DNA of 64,000 bases from Leucoraja ocellata. Taxonomy: Eukaryota. Position numbers and translations under genes: made by a program. The DNA lies in NCBI GenBank assembly GCA_036785375.1, contig JAWMAR010000268.1, positions 1,550,001-1,614,000 of the forward strand, written 5' to 3'. The notes under the pieces are model-generated. The model made no database searches and was not told where the DNA came from. It worked only from the letters and a program-made list of their open reading frames with translations. Below are positions 1 through 12,669 of the stretch, piece after piece. Position 1 is the stretch's first letter, and each line of letters begins with the position of its first letter.

Positions 1-230
1 ATCAATAGTGATAATTGAATCATCGCTTGGCCAGAGGAGAAAAACCAGTCACTTCAAACAGTTTTACTGCCACATAAATGGGATAATTCAAGGTTAGCAA
101 ATATGGGGATTGAATCTGATGCAGTACTGTGCACTGAACCTGAAGGCCAGCAGGCCACAACACCTCTCACTCTGTGCAGTGCTGCTAAAGGGATGAATAT
201 GGGCGAGCAGTTTTTACCCTCCCATCACTA

Positions 231-975
231 TAGGGTGATTTCACCAAATGTCAAATGAGCGTAGATCCCCCCTCACGTGAGCGAAAATTTTAACTGGAGG
301 ACAAATGTCACGTCGGTACATGTTAGTGAATGGGGAAACACGCACTTTCCCACCCGTTAAAAACATGGAAAACGGCCGATTTTTGAGCTGAAATTTTCTG
401 TGCTAGTTGGGGTGACCGTGAAGCACAGCGACCTAAATTTTCAGGCAAAAAAAAAGATAGAAAGTAAGGTAATTACAAGAGGGAACTGAAGGTGGAAGTG
501 AACAGCCGGCATTTGCCGTGGACAATTAAAGATCCAAAATATCGGGAATTATCGCATTTGCTCGCTGAATTTCATCAAAAGTAAGTTAATAATGCCTTGT
601 TAATTAATGCCTTACTTTTGATGAAATTCAGCGAGCAAACGCAATAATTCCCGATATTTTGGATCTTTAAATGTCCACGGCAAATGTCGGCTGTTCACTT
701 CCGCTGTTTTCCACCTTCAGTTCCCTCTTGTAATCACCTTACTTTCTATCTTTTTTTTTGCCTGAAAATTTAGGTCGCTGTGCTTCACGGTCACCCCGAC
801 TAGCACAGAAAATTTCAGCTCAAAAATCGGCCGTTTTCCATGTTTTTAACGGGTGGGAAAGTGCGTGTTTCCCCATTCACTAACATGTACCGATGTGACA
901 TATGTCCTCCAGTTAAAATTTTCGGTCACGTGAGGGGGGATCTACGCTCATTTGACATTTGGTGAAATCACCCTA
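231..975. mobile_element. Fold-back (almost fully palindromic) non-autonomous DNA transposon/MITE, TA or TATA target duplication
   Basis: TA-TAGGGTGATTTCACCAAATGTCAAATGAGCGTAGATCCCCC at 229 is the reverse complement of the end at 977. Arms of about 355 bp pair almost throughout around a short centre (~586-609), with one ~11-bp indel. Confidence 0.9.
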
Positions 976-1573
976 TACTGAAACAATGCCATGATTAACA
1001 TAAATCTACTCGGCAAAAGCTCACCGTCAGTGCTACACCTGTGTCAAAGGAGACTAGAGTATTTTTAGCGAGCATCATTATTATTTTACTGAAGTAACCC
1101 AGAGATATGAACCGTATAAAACATCTATGATAAATGGAGAATTTAATGCAAGCAAATTTGAAATAATAGAATTGACTAATAAATATCTGGAAATAAAAGC
1201 GAATAAGATAAAGGATAGCCACAAAATCACCATCATTGACATTCAGGAAAGGGAAACTATAATACTGGGTTGTCTCATGATGCACTCAGTTCAAGAACAC
1301 AATTAGGGATTGTCAATTATTCTTGGCTCAAGGACTGATATCCACGCCATATGAAAGAACAATGTGTTTATGAATCCAAGCAATTACAAACTGAAAGTAA
1401 CCATTCATCCAAATGGAACGAGTCAGCCAACATTTGAGACATTTTCATTCACCTCTATCTTCATCACAATTCTACATTTGGCAACCAAACAAACCGTTTA
1501 GGTTTAATTAGCAGCAAATTACCATGTCCTGGTTGAGGTATTTTTGGAAAAGTCAAATGATGGTAGTACTTAC

Positions 1574-1602
1574 TGAATCAACTCCATCGTCCTCTTTGTC
1601 TT
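1574..1602 (-). CDS. AKAP8: AKAP8-family gene A, acidic micro-exon (EDKEDDGVDS)
   Basis: ttttag|AA GAC AAA...GAT TCA|gtaagt; phase 1 to 0, the same as paralog exon 34665-34699. Confidence 0.75.
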
Positions 1603-1807
1603 CTAAAAATAAAACAAAATAATTGCCCGAGTGGTTATTATGTCTGACCAACACAGAAGGGTTCCAACTAAATAAGATTAAGTGCCAATTCGTTAATTAA
1701 ATCATGATATTTGTTCACTGACAGACATAACTTGGATTTCACAAAATTAATGTAATTTGCATATATCCAAGACAAATATTTCACAGCCTACTTACATAGC
1801 AACAAGA

Positions 1808-2022
1808 AGGTAGACACAAAATGCTGGAGAAACTCAGCGGGACAGGCAGCATCTCTGGATAGAAGAAATGGGTGAAGTTTCGGGTCCAGACCCTTCTTCT
1901 GAAGAAGCGTCTCGACCCAAAACGTCACCCATTCCTTCTCTCCAGAGATGCTGCCTGTCCTGCTGAGTTACTCCAGCATTTTGTCTACCTTCGATTTAAA
2001 CCAGCATCTGCAGTTCTTTCCT
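1808..2022. mobile_element. Palindromic Penelope-derived short element with hammerhead-like core
   Basis: Inverted arms (tagacacaaaatgctggagaaactcagc / gctgagttactccagcattttgtcta); core CTGAAGAAGCGTCTCGACCCAAAACGTC at 1899-1926; flanked by imperfect direct repeat tacatagca(a/c)caaga. Confidence 0.8.
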
Positions 2023-2481
2023 ATACATAGCACCAAGAGGTCCCCAATTCATGTTTCTATAACTACCACATTGGAAATATCTCCATCCAAATTATTAAAA
2101 GCACAAACCTATAAACTTTAACTGATTATACGTACAATGTCCTGCACCACAGTAGCCAGCATTATTTAACATATTTCATGAAAACTCCATACAAATTAAA
2201 GATCAATCTGCCACTCATAAAATCTAATAAAGCAACCAAAACTATTGGTAAATTCCAAGTGTAGTCTCAAACATTTTTTTTTACAGTCATAGCAAGGCTC
2301 TTCCACTTCCTTTCTCCACCCCATTTGTAGTAAAGGGCAATATTCGATTTGCTAACCCTCTGCACCTGAGCCTGCTCAGCATTTATTCTCAAGCTCAAAT
2401 AAAGAGGCCAACATCCACATGACTCCTCTCACTGCCAAGAGAATACAAGGTTCAAATAAGTAAAAAAGTAATGTCCAGTAC

Positions 2482-2596
2482 CAGCATCTTCTTCAACCTC
2501 ATCATCATCTGTTTTTGCTTGCTTGTTTTCAGGGTCTTCAGTACTACTTGTTGACTGTTTCCTCTTTCTGCCTGGACCACCTATAACCTTCTTTCT
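2482..2596 (-). CDS. AKAP8: AKAP8-family gene A, NLS-containing exon (RKKVIGGPGRKRKQSTSSTEDPENKQAKTDDDEVEEDA)
   Basis: tcag|AGA...GCT G|gtactg; 115 nt, phase 0 to 1; homologous to plus-strand exon 33316-33421 and to the AKAP8 GRKRKQ...EPDTK motif. Confidence 0.9.
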
Positions 2597-3457
2597 CTGA
2601 TAAGAAACAAAGATAGCCTGCACTGAAATCAGATTTCAAACTATTAAGCATTTAACTCGTTAAATAAAAGGCCATTTAAAATTAATTTCAGGGTTTCTTT
2701 GGGTATAATTTAACCAAGGCCAGACGACAAAAAACGTTTAAAAATAAAACCCTATACATTTTACATCACACCAGTGTTGGAAACATGTTAATCTGCAATT
2801 CAAACCAGAACCAGACTAGTGCTGGTGTACCAATTACTGCTTGAAAATGCAAAATATTAGATTACAGTAATAATTTATTTCCCCCACAATTGTGAGGTTT
2901 TTTTTGTTTAATCACAGCATGGTATAATAAACATTCTTAAAAATGCTGATCAAAATGTTTTTGCCCAACCCAACTTTCCCCAATACAAGGACGACCCTTC
3001 CCCCCTCCCCCACCACTGTTAATCAGCTATGACCTAGTTTATATCTGAACTGCAAAGTCCAAGGACAACAGGTACTGCTTTGAGGGATGGGGCAAGTAAG
3101 AGTAAAGAGGAAAAACAAATCTTTTACAGTGTTACAACAAATTAAAACACTGAAATGCTGCACAGAATGAATTACTTTGAAGATGGTCGCACAAAGCTTG
3201 AAAACAATTAAATCATCTTAAAATCTGAACGTTTAATCAAATTCTAAATGCAGCTACAAATTCTTCCACAGATCGGAAAGATCCCTGAAAATTATATTTA
3301 TAGTCAAGCACATTAGCAGAATGAGAACCTGATTTAATATTAAAAAAAGGTTGATGGGCACTGCATTTCTAACTTGGCTTTTTTGCTCTTTCACTAATTA
3401 TACCCACTGGCCACTGAGTAAAATAAAAATGCTTTTGTTTTTAAGAAAGGTACTTAC

Positions 3458-3920
3458 GCCTCTGGTTCGAATCTTGTCTCTCCTTCGCTGTCTGCCACCA
3501 AACGCTCTTGCCGAGCCTTGAGCTCGGAACAGGTCCATTGGGATAATGTTTGGGGAGAAGAGCGAAGGGAGGTTTCTGGTGGAGGGGGCAGCATTGTAGC
3601 CTCTGCCTCCCATTGGCATCTCATTCCAATGTGCAGACATCCGCCTGGAACTTCCAGGCTGCATGTAGGGGTCATTCCAGTTTGCTCTCCTATTTGGAGC
3701 CCAGTCTCTAGACCAGTTCTGACCCCGTTGGCTACCATATGCTCTGTTGTGGTACTGATCTCTGCGAGTCCCGTAGGAGTTGTCGTAGTGGTCATAGTGA
3801 CCTCCATAGGAATCGTTATAATTAGGTCCAGAATCACCGTAACCATAGCCGTAGCCAGATCTGTACGGATCATGGTCATTCATTGAAGACCTGGAGTCAT
3901 AGGACTCATAAGGTGTAAAC
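3458..3920 (-). CDS. AKAP8: AKAP8-family gene A, large Y/G/R-rich exon (RFTPYESYDSRSS...LPSLFSPNIIP...IRTRG)
   Basis: ttcag|G TTT...GGC|gtaagt; 463 nt; ESYDSR and PSLFS motifs of AKAP8/AKAP8L. Confidence 0.93.
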
Positions 3921-4780
3921 CTGAAAGAGTTGCAGAGCAAGCAAGGAAGCTAATCAGTAGCTGGAAAGGACGATGGCACAAGCCTGCCAATCAGTGAAAG
4001 CAGACTAAAGACTAAACAGGATATTTCAGGTAATCATGGTGCTTGAGGTTTTATGTTGTCTGTAACATTGTCTAAATTACTAACTGCAGTAACTAGTGAT
4101 GGCTGAGCAACCAATACATCAAATATATCAGTAATGGAGCAAACAGCCTCTAGATGTTTAATGTTAAAATTGTTCTGTATGGGAATGGGTAAATACCCAA
4201 ACTTTGGCCACTTTTAAAAAGATAAATGATCCAACTATCCAACATTCACTGCAGTCCCAATTACATGTTAATTTGCTGTAAATCTCACCTAATTATTGAA
4301 AAAACTGTGCATTTTATAACAAGTTACTACAAACTATACTCATCACATTACCAAGCACAGGTTGCATTGCAGATGAAAATCCTTGGAGACCCATTCACGC
4401 TGCTAAAACAATTAACCAAACCTAGGGTCAATTATGCCGACAATCCTGGTGGTCTGAAAATGATTCGAATGTCTGGCACAAAATACCAAGTGAGACATAA
4501 GCTGAGTTAATTTAGATTTATACAATGTTGGTTAAATCTACGTTGAATCCATGCTTAAACAAGTTCAAGTTAAATATGGCAATATTAAAATATAAAATTA
4601 ATAAACCAGTGTTTTCTCACCATACTGGAGGCAAACACCAGTTTCTCTTTGGGGTTGGGCGGTGGAAGAGTCAACAGGGTACTAGCCTATTTATATTTAA
4701 AGTGCCACATCAATGCCGTTTCCAATTTGTCAACTTATTCCGTACAGTATTTTACCATCTAGTGACTCTCCAGAAGATAC

Positions 4781-4994
4781 CTGTTGAATTGGCCTGAAGA
4801 CCGAGAAGAGCCTGGTGTGTTATCACACTCTAGATGAGTGAGCATGTCCAGGCGTTGGTTGATCTTAGCGACGATGGAATCTGTGTTGGGGTTTTTAGGA
4901 GCATCCCAAGCCTTATTGCCAGAGTTATAGCCATAATTTCCTGAATAATCTCCTGAATTATCTTGGTTGTAATTGTAATCATAGCCATCATACC
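4781..4994 (-). CDS. AKAP8: AKAP8-family gene A exon (GYDGYDYNYNQDN...DSIVAKINQRLDMLTHLE...FNR)
   Basis: ttag|GG TAT...AAC AG|gtatct; 214 nt; AKINQRLDM is an AKAP8-family signature. Confidence 0.93.
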
Positions 4995-5136
4995 CTAACA
5001 GGAATAAAATACACATAATCAGATATTCAGATTATAAAAACACAAAAACTCAACAATAGAACCAGACCCATCAATTATCCCACAATTTAATCAGATCATG
5101 ATGGTTCTGCTCTTTACCCAATACTGAGATCATAAC

Positions 5137-5336
5137 GAAACACATAAAGTGTTGGGAGTGTAACTCAGCAGGTCAGACAGCATCTCTGGAGAGCGTGAAT
5201 AGGCGACTTTCAGTCAGGATCCTTCTTCATTCTGTCAGGCACGTCTGAAGAAGGGTCCCGAACCAAAACATCACCTATCCATGTTCTCCAGAGATGATGA
5301 CTGACCTGCTGAGTTACTCCAGCACTTTGCCTCTTT
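5137..5336. mobile_element. Palindromic Penelope-derived short element
   Basis: Same arms as 1808-2022; core CTGAAGAAGGGTCCCGAACCAAAACATC at 5245-5272. Confidence 0.75.
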
Positions 5337-5531
5337 TATTACAAATGTGAATATCTTCATTAACTAGATTAACCAAATTAAGAGCTGTACAAAGCACTTT
5401 ACATTCAAATCATATTGCTTCAAATACAATACATAATGTATTATGCAGGTAAAATATTTTAAACAGAACAATTCTAACCCCATTAAGCCCGCATGCTAGA
5501 TCTTATCAATAAAAGTGCTAAAGATATTCAC

Positions 5532-5579
5532 CTTGACCATCGTCTCCGCCTGCGTTCCAAGAATCATCCTCTCCGTACT
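5532..5579 (-). CDS. AKAP8: AKAP8-family gene A exon (YGEDDSWNAGGDDGQ)
   Basis: ttttag|AG TAC GGA...CAA G|gtgaat; 48 nt, same length and phase as paralog exon 23288-23335. Confidence 0.85.
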
Positions 5580-7984
5580 CTAAAAGAAACGGAATCAGAC
5601 AATAATTGTGTTGGTTATATCAACTAATAACATAAAAAAGCAAAACTTATGCTCCTCCACATTAGGATACAATTCCAGGGTACAACTGTTTCCTCAGATG
5701 ACCACTGTTCATGCAAGTCTAGCCAATGAACACTTGGAGGCGGTCGTCAGATAACATTTTTTTTAAAACAGAACCAGTGAAAACCACTGGTAAATTCATG
5801 GTGATCTTCAATTTAATTACACAACTCATACATCTATATAATAGATATGGTGGCCACAAAATTCCCAGCACATACTCCTTCTCATCCAGATAGTTTTGTG
5901 CCTTTTGCAATGTATTATGTGCCGGTTTGTGATGAGGTAAACATAATTAACTGGATGGTTATCTTGATCTGTGTTGTTTATCATATCAATGTTATTTAAA
6001 CCTTTAGGGTGGTCCTGTACGTCTGATAGGTAGTACACTGGGATGTAAGATTAAAAAAAGTATGGGGTGGTGAGGGGTGACAAGCTTTTACCTCCATAAG
6101 AAATCACGTTAAACAACAAATTAGATACTTTATTACTGAAACAATTCAAATATATTGAAGATAACCACGTAGCAGCAAAAAATAAGTTACAGGAGCAATT
6201 TCAAATAAGTTGAATATAGAACTTTATATATATTGAATACTGAATATGAATGGTAAGCTGTTATTGCAGACCTGATACAAACTGACCCCAATAAATGATA
6301 TAAATCTACAAATCGTGGAGCAGAATGTGACAAGAGGGAAAATACCATGTGTGAATATACTTGTGTAATGACTACACCAGGAAGAGACACACGTTTTTCT
6401 CTCTGGTAAGTAGATCTTCCTGTAGCAATGGCTGCAAAAGTTACCCACACACAATTAAAACATGTTCACACAACTGCATTGGCGTAGTAGAGAATACATG
6501 AACAACAGAGATCCTTTGAAGATTTTTCATTTAAATCTGCTGAAGCTAGGAGAAGCAGTCAAACTCAAGCCAGATATTTCAAAAAAGACCATTTAGGCAT
6601 TCTGATGATTTTTAGCCCTCAAACTTGCCAGAGATGCATTTCAACATCCTACATATAAACTTAATAGAAAACAGGTACAAGCTCTTGTTTCGAGTCAGAG
6701 GGCAAAGGGCAGCAAGTAACATAACCATTCTTAAACGTGCAGATCATGTACTGTAGCTGATGATGAATTCACATACATTACAAAGGTCAGTAAAACAGTG
6801 AATGATTGCTTGGTGGGTTGCCAACAAAAATAATTTCCAAAGGGGGGCAAGAATGAGAGCAAAGCAAGAGAGAGGGAAAGGGGACAGGGACAAGTTATAA
6901 GATCAATTATGAAAATGTCTTGAGTTCGATTAAATAATGGAATGGGCATTTCAGTTCTATTAGATGGCAAGTTAGTTCATGGGAACATCCATTTGAACTT
7001 CATGGTCAGGATAACGTGGTACGACAATTTTTGCCACAAAATGTCTGCAAGTTTCTGTTCTGATCTTTCATAATAAGTCAAAACAGTATGGCACCCACCA
7101 GAGTGGACCTGTACCATTAAATAAGTAGAACAAGCAACTGTGGGTCCCTTCATGCAAGCAATGGAGGCACCCTTACTGATAGTCTAAAGCAAAGTGCAAG
7201 GGAATAGTCTTAAAAAATCCTCAAATTCCTACATTTTTCAAAGACCACGTCGCAAAGAATTGGTAAAAGTCACTTAAGAATCAGCATTGTATGACAATCC
7301 CATGTACATTTGAATTGACATGTCCAAGCCTTTTGGATATGATATACAAGTACTGAAACATCAACATTAATGCTTCTGAATCTTATGTTCCCCAGCAAGA
7401 TACTTTTAGATACAAGATCCTGATAAAGCAAGGGAATTCTCGTAACTCCTTACTTTCCACATTTAACTGTACATATCAAGAAGCCAAAGATTCTGGGGAA
7501 ATGGATTCATTAACGATGAACCCCAGCGTTCTTATCACAATTTATGGCAACTGTATAAACATTCAAAGCTTTTGTTTTCACCGGCCAAATGATGTAGTGG
7601 CATGGGTTGGTAATTGAATTAGACATATAACCCTATTCACCCCACCCTATCTATCACCCCAAAGGACAAGCAATAGGATCTCCATACAAAACACAACGAA
7701 ATAACATATTAAATCTGCAAAGTATTATCACCCAGAGAAAGATAGTTATATATAATCAAGTGAAAAAATCTAAAGTGACCTCAAGATTGTGCAAAAGAAT
7801 GAGATTATTTTCAGTAACATAAAAAATGCTTGTTGCAAGTTAAAAAAAAAATTAAACCTACATTTAAAAATAAAATGCAAATGCATGAAACACAGATGCT
7901 GCATTTTTATGGACTATCAGAATGGCAGTCACCTAGCAGCATTGTGTCAACAACCTTGCCCTCAATGTCAGCAAAACAAAATAA

Positions 7985-8215
7985 TTGGTCATCAACTTCA
8001 GGAAGTGGGGTCTAGTGCATGCTCCAGTTGTATCAATGGTGATGGAATCGAGATGACCATGAGTTTCCAGTTCCTGCATGTAAATATCACCAACAACTTG
8101 GCCTGGTCAAACCACCTTTGTCACAGGCAAAAACACCTCTACTTCCCCAGGAGCGCAAGGAAATTCAGCATGCCTCCAATGACTCTTCCAAATTTCTACC
8201 GTTGCACCATAGTAG
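7985..8215 (+). mobile_element. Degenerate Rex1/Babar-type LINE fragment
   Basis: Translation INGDGIEMTMSFQFLHVNITNNLAWSNH...HLYF..RKF...NFYRCTI resembles the post-RT region of Rex1/Babar LINEs. Confidence 0.7.
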
Positions 8216-8980
8216 CATTCTATCCTATACTAAGTCCCAGTACACTGATTTTGTTTTAAAGTTTAAAATGAGGGAGGGTGAATAAGGCGAAATAAGCAGC
8301 CCCTGCGCATTGGGGGGGCTATGGGTGAGTGATGGAATAATGTGTTGGAGAACCAGGTTTCCCGTGGGAGCTATGGGTGAGTGGTGGAATATTGTGTTGA
8401 ATGGGTTGCGTTGTGGGATCAGACCTCCCGTGTGGTGTGTGTGTGTGTGTAATAACTAACTGAAACTCTCGTCTTGTTTGGACGTCTGTCTGCGTGCATG
8501 ATCCAGAAATTACGTCAAAACAGTACACACTAGCACTAAAACCAACAAATTTCGTTCAGATTGATGTTATATTTTACAAGTTAATAACATTTTTAGCTTT
8601 ACAAATTCCCACTTCGAGACCAATAACCGTGCTGTGCCAGTTGCAGCTATGACGTCACAATGGGATCTCATTTGCAACAAAGTTGCAATCATAGAACACT
8701 TAGTCCTGGCAGAGTGAAACTGAACTGGACAGGCATGAGACAGGGAAATTTTTAATTTTTAAAAAAAATAGGTATTCCAAGGGGCAATGCTCTGGTGGGA
8801 ATAAAAGTGGCCAGTGCCCCCTTTATGCAGTTTAAAAAAAAAAGATTATACCTTGCAATGACACCGTTCGCTCCACCAGGCCTCGCCTTGTCCCGCCCCC
8901 GGTCACCTTCCTCCGCCAATCAACGCTCGTTATTCTCAACCCTGCACCCCCACTTCCAGCTCTGTACGCCGCCTCCCTCC

Positions 8981-9789
8981 TAGGGGTGCTGCACTGGCAG
9001 CAGCCTCTACCTACAGCCTGTCTGTTATTTTTATCTTTTTTTTATTTTTAGTTAGTCTAAAGTCTTGTGTTGGGGGAAACTTTTACTTTTCTATGTGTGG
9101 GAGGGGTGCAGGGTAAGGGGGAAACTGTTTCCCAGTGTCTTCCTGGCGGGGGCACGACTATTTCTCCGAGTCGCGTCCTACCAGTTGGATCGGAGCGGCC
9201 TTTCCTGCCTGGGACCGGGAACCGGGCTGCTACAGCGGCGACGCAGCGCCGGAGTCACCTCGGAGCGGGCGATGCCTACCTGGGTTGCCATTTGGAGCTC
9301 CGGAGCGTTGCTCCAACATCGTGGAGCTCTGGTGCGGAGAGCTTCCAACGCGGGTGGCGCTGACCGCCATCGTGGAGTCCTGGGGCGCCTTGCAGCAGCA
9401 GTCTCCACCCGGCGCGGCCTGCGGACTTTGGAAGCCGCCGACTCCGGTAGGAGGGGGGCCAACTCCGGTGTCCATGCCGCTGAGGACGTCCCGCAGCCCC
9501 GACGTCGGACTTACAACACCCCGCCGAGCGGTCCTGGACATCGTGCCGCCCGTAGCGGCAACTGCGGAGGGCACGGGGAGGCCCTGACCACGGGGAATAA
9601 TGGAGGAAGAGACTGACTTTGGTGCCTTCCCACACAGTGGGAAACTTTGATTCTGCTGTGTGGGGATGTTTTATGTCAAACCTTATAGTGTGTTGTGTCC
9701 CTTTTTTTATTGTATGGCTGTATGGGAATTTCATTTCACTGTGCCATCTGGCACATGTGATGAATAAATCTATCTTGTATCTTGTATCC
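8981..9789 (+). mobile_element. Non-autonomous retroelement with CpG-rich body and Rex1/Babar-like 3' tail
   Basis: Ends in atttcactgtgccatctggcacatgtgatgaataaa plus (tatcttg)n, similar to the LINE tail at 18335-18388; no recognisable protein. Confidence 0.55.
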
Positions 9790-10020
9790 TCCAATCATCC
9801 CGCTGAATCATCATGTCCCGCCACCCCGCTGACCTTCGCGTCCAATCGGTGCGATCATCAGACTCGCGGAAAGTCATTTACAGATTTATAGAGATTTAGA
9901 TTTTTAACGAATTACAAAATATGCGGGGAAATCTCATGTCTGACAGAAGGGGGAGGGGCACAGTGAGGCTGAACAGAAAAGGGGTAGGGAGTGCTGGGGA
10001 AGGCACACACATATATACAT

Positions 10021-10140
10021 GCTAGACCAAGTGGGACCCATTCCCTAAAGCGGTGGGGGGGGGGGGGGGGGGGGGCGCACAGCGTCATAGGGGAGTGCTG
10101 ATCCCCGAACGCAATACTCCAATACGCATCACTCCCTAGA
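10021..10140 (-). mobile_element. Helitron-like non-autonomous element end
   Basis: CTAGACCAAGTGGGACCC reads GGGTCCCACTTGGTCTAG on the minus strand (CTAG 3' terminus); related terminus at ~11255-11283. Confidence 0.4.
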
Positions 10141-10939
10141 GAGTTTGAGAATCATAACCTCCTGCTTCTTGCCATCAACCATGTTAGTATGTTGTGTTGA
10201 TGCTCCTGTAAAGTTGCAGCAAGTAAGAATACAACTCTTATGAATTTCAAGACAAAGCAGACAACCGACTTCAAGACAGCCTTAAATTGGGAGATAGCTG
10301 GAGGCTGGATTTCACGGAAAAAAAGAACAAAATTACAATGGCAAGGACGATAAATTAAGAAAACCTATGGACAGTAAACAAGCCTATGAATGAAACATAT
10401 AAGTGGCAGTACTAGTTACATAAAGTTGGAGACATCTCAGGAACTCTATAAATTAACGAGGAAAGCTGTTTATATGAAAAATGCAATGTTACACAAATCA
10501 TATCTAATATTCAGATATGACGTAGGCCCGATGAAGGCTTTTTAACCCAACGCTTGTTCAAAAATGTATGTTTGAGACTTAAAATGATTATTTGCTGGAT
10601 TTGTCAGCTCTCCAACCCGCCCCTCCACAGAAGTCCTTCTGAAAAGCGCAATTGGAGTGTTGCACTTTCTTTCCTTTATAATTAAAACATTAAGGTTGGA
10701 AACATACTATGATAAGGCATTCGCCGTATTAGGTGGCTATAGGAATAAATATACACTGTTTCCACATTGCAACAATCAATACTGACACGCCTCAAATATC
10801 ATCTTGGCTGGGCCACGTTTGCATATGCAATACCTATGTCTTTTTCCAACTGTGAATACAGAAGACGAGCCTAATCTCTATATTACTAAAATTCTCACCT
10901 TGATTATTTACCCGAATTGTATTTGCAAAAAAAAAAAAA

Positions 10940-11283
10940 AAAACCCTCCCCAACAGCCCCACCTCAAGCATTCTCCCAGGAGGATCACCCCCCCCCCCCC
11001 CCCGCCTCCCCCAGCTCCAGGCCGCTCGTCCTCGCCCCCCCCCCCCCCCCCGACAGAAGCCCTCCCCGGCTGCAAAACGCCCCCCCCCCCCCCCCCCCCC
11101 CCCCCAGACAGCCCCTGCCCGAGGCGCAGTTGAGGGAGGGTTGCCACGTCTCGCGTCATAACCGGAGTCTCTGGCATCACAACGGGAACCCCATAGCCAC
11201 CCCATCAAAGTTGGGGGCTATGGGTGAGTGGTGGAATATTGGGTTGTGGGAACTGGACCCAACAGGTACCACTTGGTCATAGT
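10940..11283 (+). mobile_element. Helitron-like element with poly-C tracts
   Basis: Ends ggacccaacaggtaccacttggtcatagt (degenerate hairpin + CTAG-like end). The motif gggctatgggtgagtggtggaatattg recurs twice at 8315-8400. Confidence 0.4.
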
Positions 11284-11786
11284 TCCTAAAAAGGAACCCT
11301 GATCACACCAGCTAAACAAGTACAACCTTTAGTAAACTGAATCAATTTCAAATCAACAAAACCCCAAAAGCAGTCCAGTGCACAAGTTTATCACCAAAAT
11401 CAACCACGTTTTTTCATTAAAATTTCTTAAATTTTTCATTAAATTTAAGAACAATTTACCTCACCGATGTCATAATTCAAAACATCCAAATCACAGAACA
11501 TTTTGCATTACTCCATGTGGTTTCCTTTTTTAATGGTGAAGGACATATGCAGTGGAGACTGTATAGTATTTACCCTTACATATGTTTCAACAGGTGATAC
11601 TAGATGAATTTCAGCCCAGAAATCAATTAGATAAATATTTAGATGACAATGAACTTCCAAAAAGCATATTGAAAAGCCAAGATAGCCAGATTGCTAAATT
11701 GATCAGACATTTACAAGCACATCTGTTTCTCCTTCTGTCAGTCCTCCTGTCCTAACCTCACAGTTTTGATTCATTGATTGAAAGAC

Positions 11787-12071
11787 ACAGAATGGTAACA
11801 GACCCTTTGACCGACCATGTTCGCGCTGGCTATTAATCAGCCGTTCTATGTCATCCAGCTTTCAAGTCCACCCCCTACACACCAGGCAACTTATTGAGGC
11901 CAATTAACTCACAACCCTGCACATCTTTGGAATGTGAGAGAAAATCGGAGCACCCGGAGGTAACCCCCACGGTCACATGGAAAACATGCCGTCTCCACAC
12001 AGACAGCTACTGAGGTCAGGATTGAACCCAGTCTCTGGCGCTGAGTCTACCAGCTGCGCAATTGTGCCGCC
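11787..12071 (-). mobile_element. tRNA-derived V-SINE-like element (HE1-type)
   Basis: Reverse complement starts ggcggcacaattgcgcagctggtaga...ggttcaatcctgacc (Pol III A/B boxes), then the cgggtgctccgattttc central domain. Confidence 0.8.
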
Positions 12072-12669
12072 TTTGCTCCCCTGAGAGTACCTGATCCCAC
12101 ATTACTGAACAAGCATGTTCAGGAGCAGGTGCAGCAAACTAAATGATCAGACAAGAGCAAAATTAAAATTACAGATCCAATAAATCTCAAATAATAAAAA
12201 TATATATAAAACACTCAACATTTAAGGACATCAGAGTGGCAACACTGCTCCAGAGACCCGGACCTTGGATGCTTGCAGTGCGGGATTTGCATGTTCGCCT
12301 GTCACTATACAGATTTACTTCAGGTGCTCAAAACTCCTCCCAGATTCAAAAGGTGACTCGTTGCTGCAAATTGACTCTTGGTGCAAGTAATTGCCAAAAT
12401 AATCATAAAAGAAAGTTGGTGGACATATGTGAATACTTTCCAGCAGTGATGAGACCATTCTGCAGAGAACTGCCTTGGACTTCATGACATTGTGTGCTGT
12501 GGGTATGTTAATACATTCAACACCTTGCCCGAGTAGCTGAGCATTAATGTTTGATTGATCTTCACATCAGGAACCAATGTTTCAGGAAAGCTACAAGAGG
12601 CTTCAGCAATGCTAAGGTAATGGTCAAAAGCAACAATCTTGTGGGCAACTAACTAACTAATAAACAACA

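Noticed and set aside
995-1285. 96-aa minus-strand ORF and nearby gtgagc donor as the next exon of gene A
   Set aside because: No similarity to gene B exons 7-9 and no phase-compatible acceptor found; the remaining exons probably lie outside the window.
9065-9794. Several overlapping 94-183-aa ORFs
   Set aside because: ORFs on both strands result from the high GC content of a repeat; no recognisable domain or splice structure.
10804-11282. Proline- and glycine-rich ORFs
   Set aside because: Produced by poly-C runs within a repeat; homopolymer lengths may also be unreliable.
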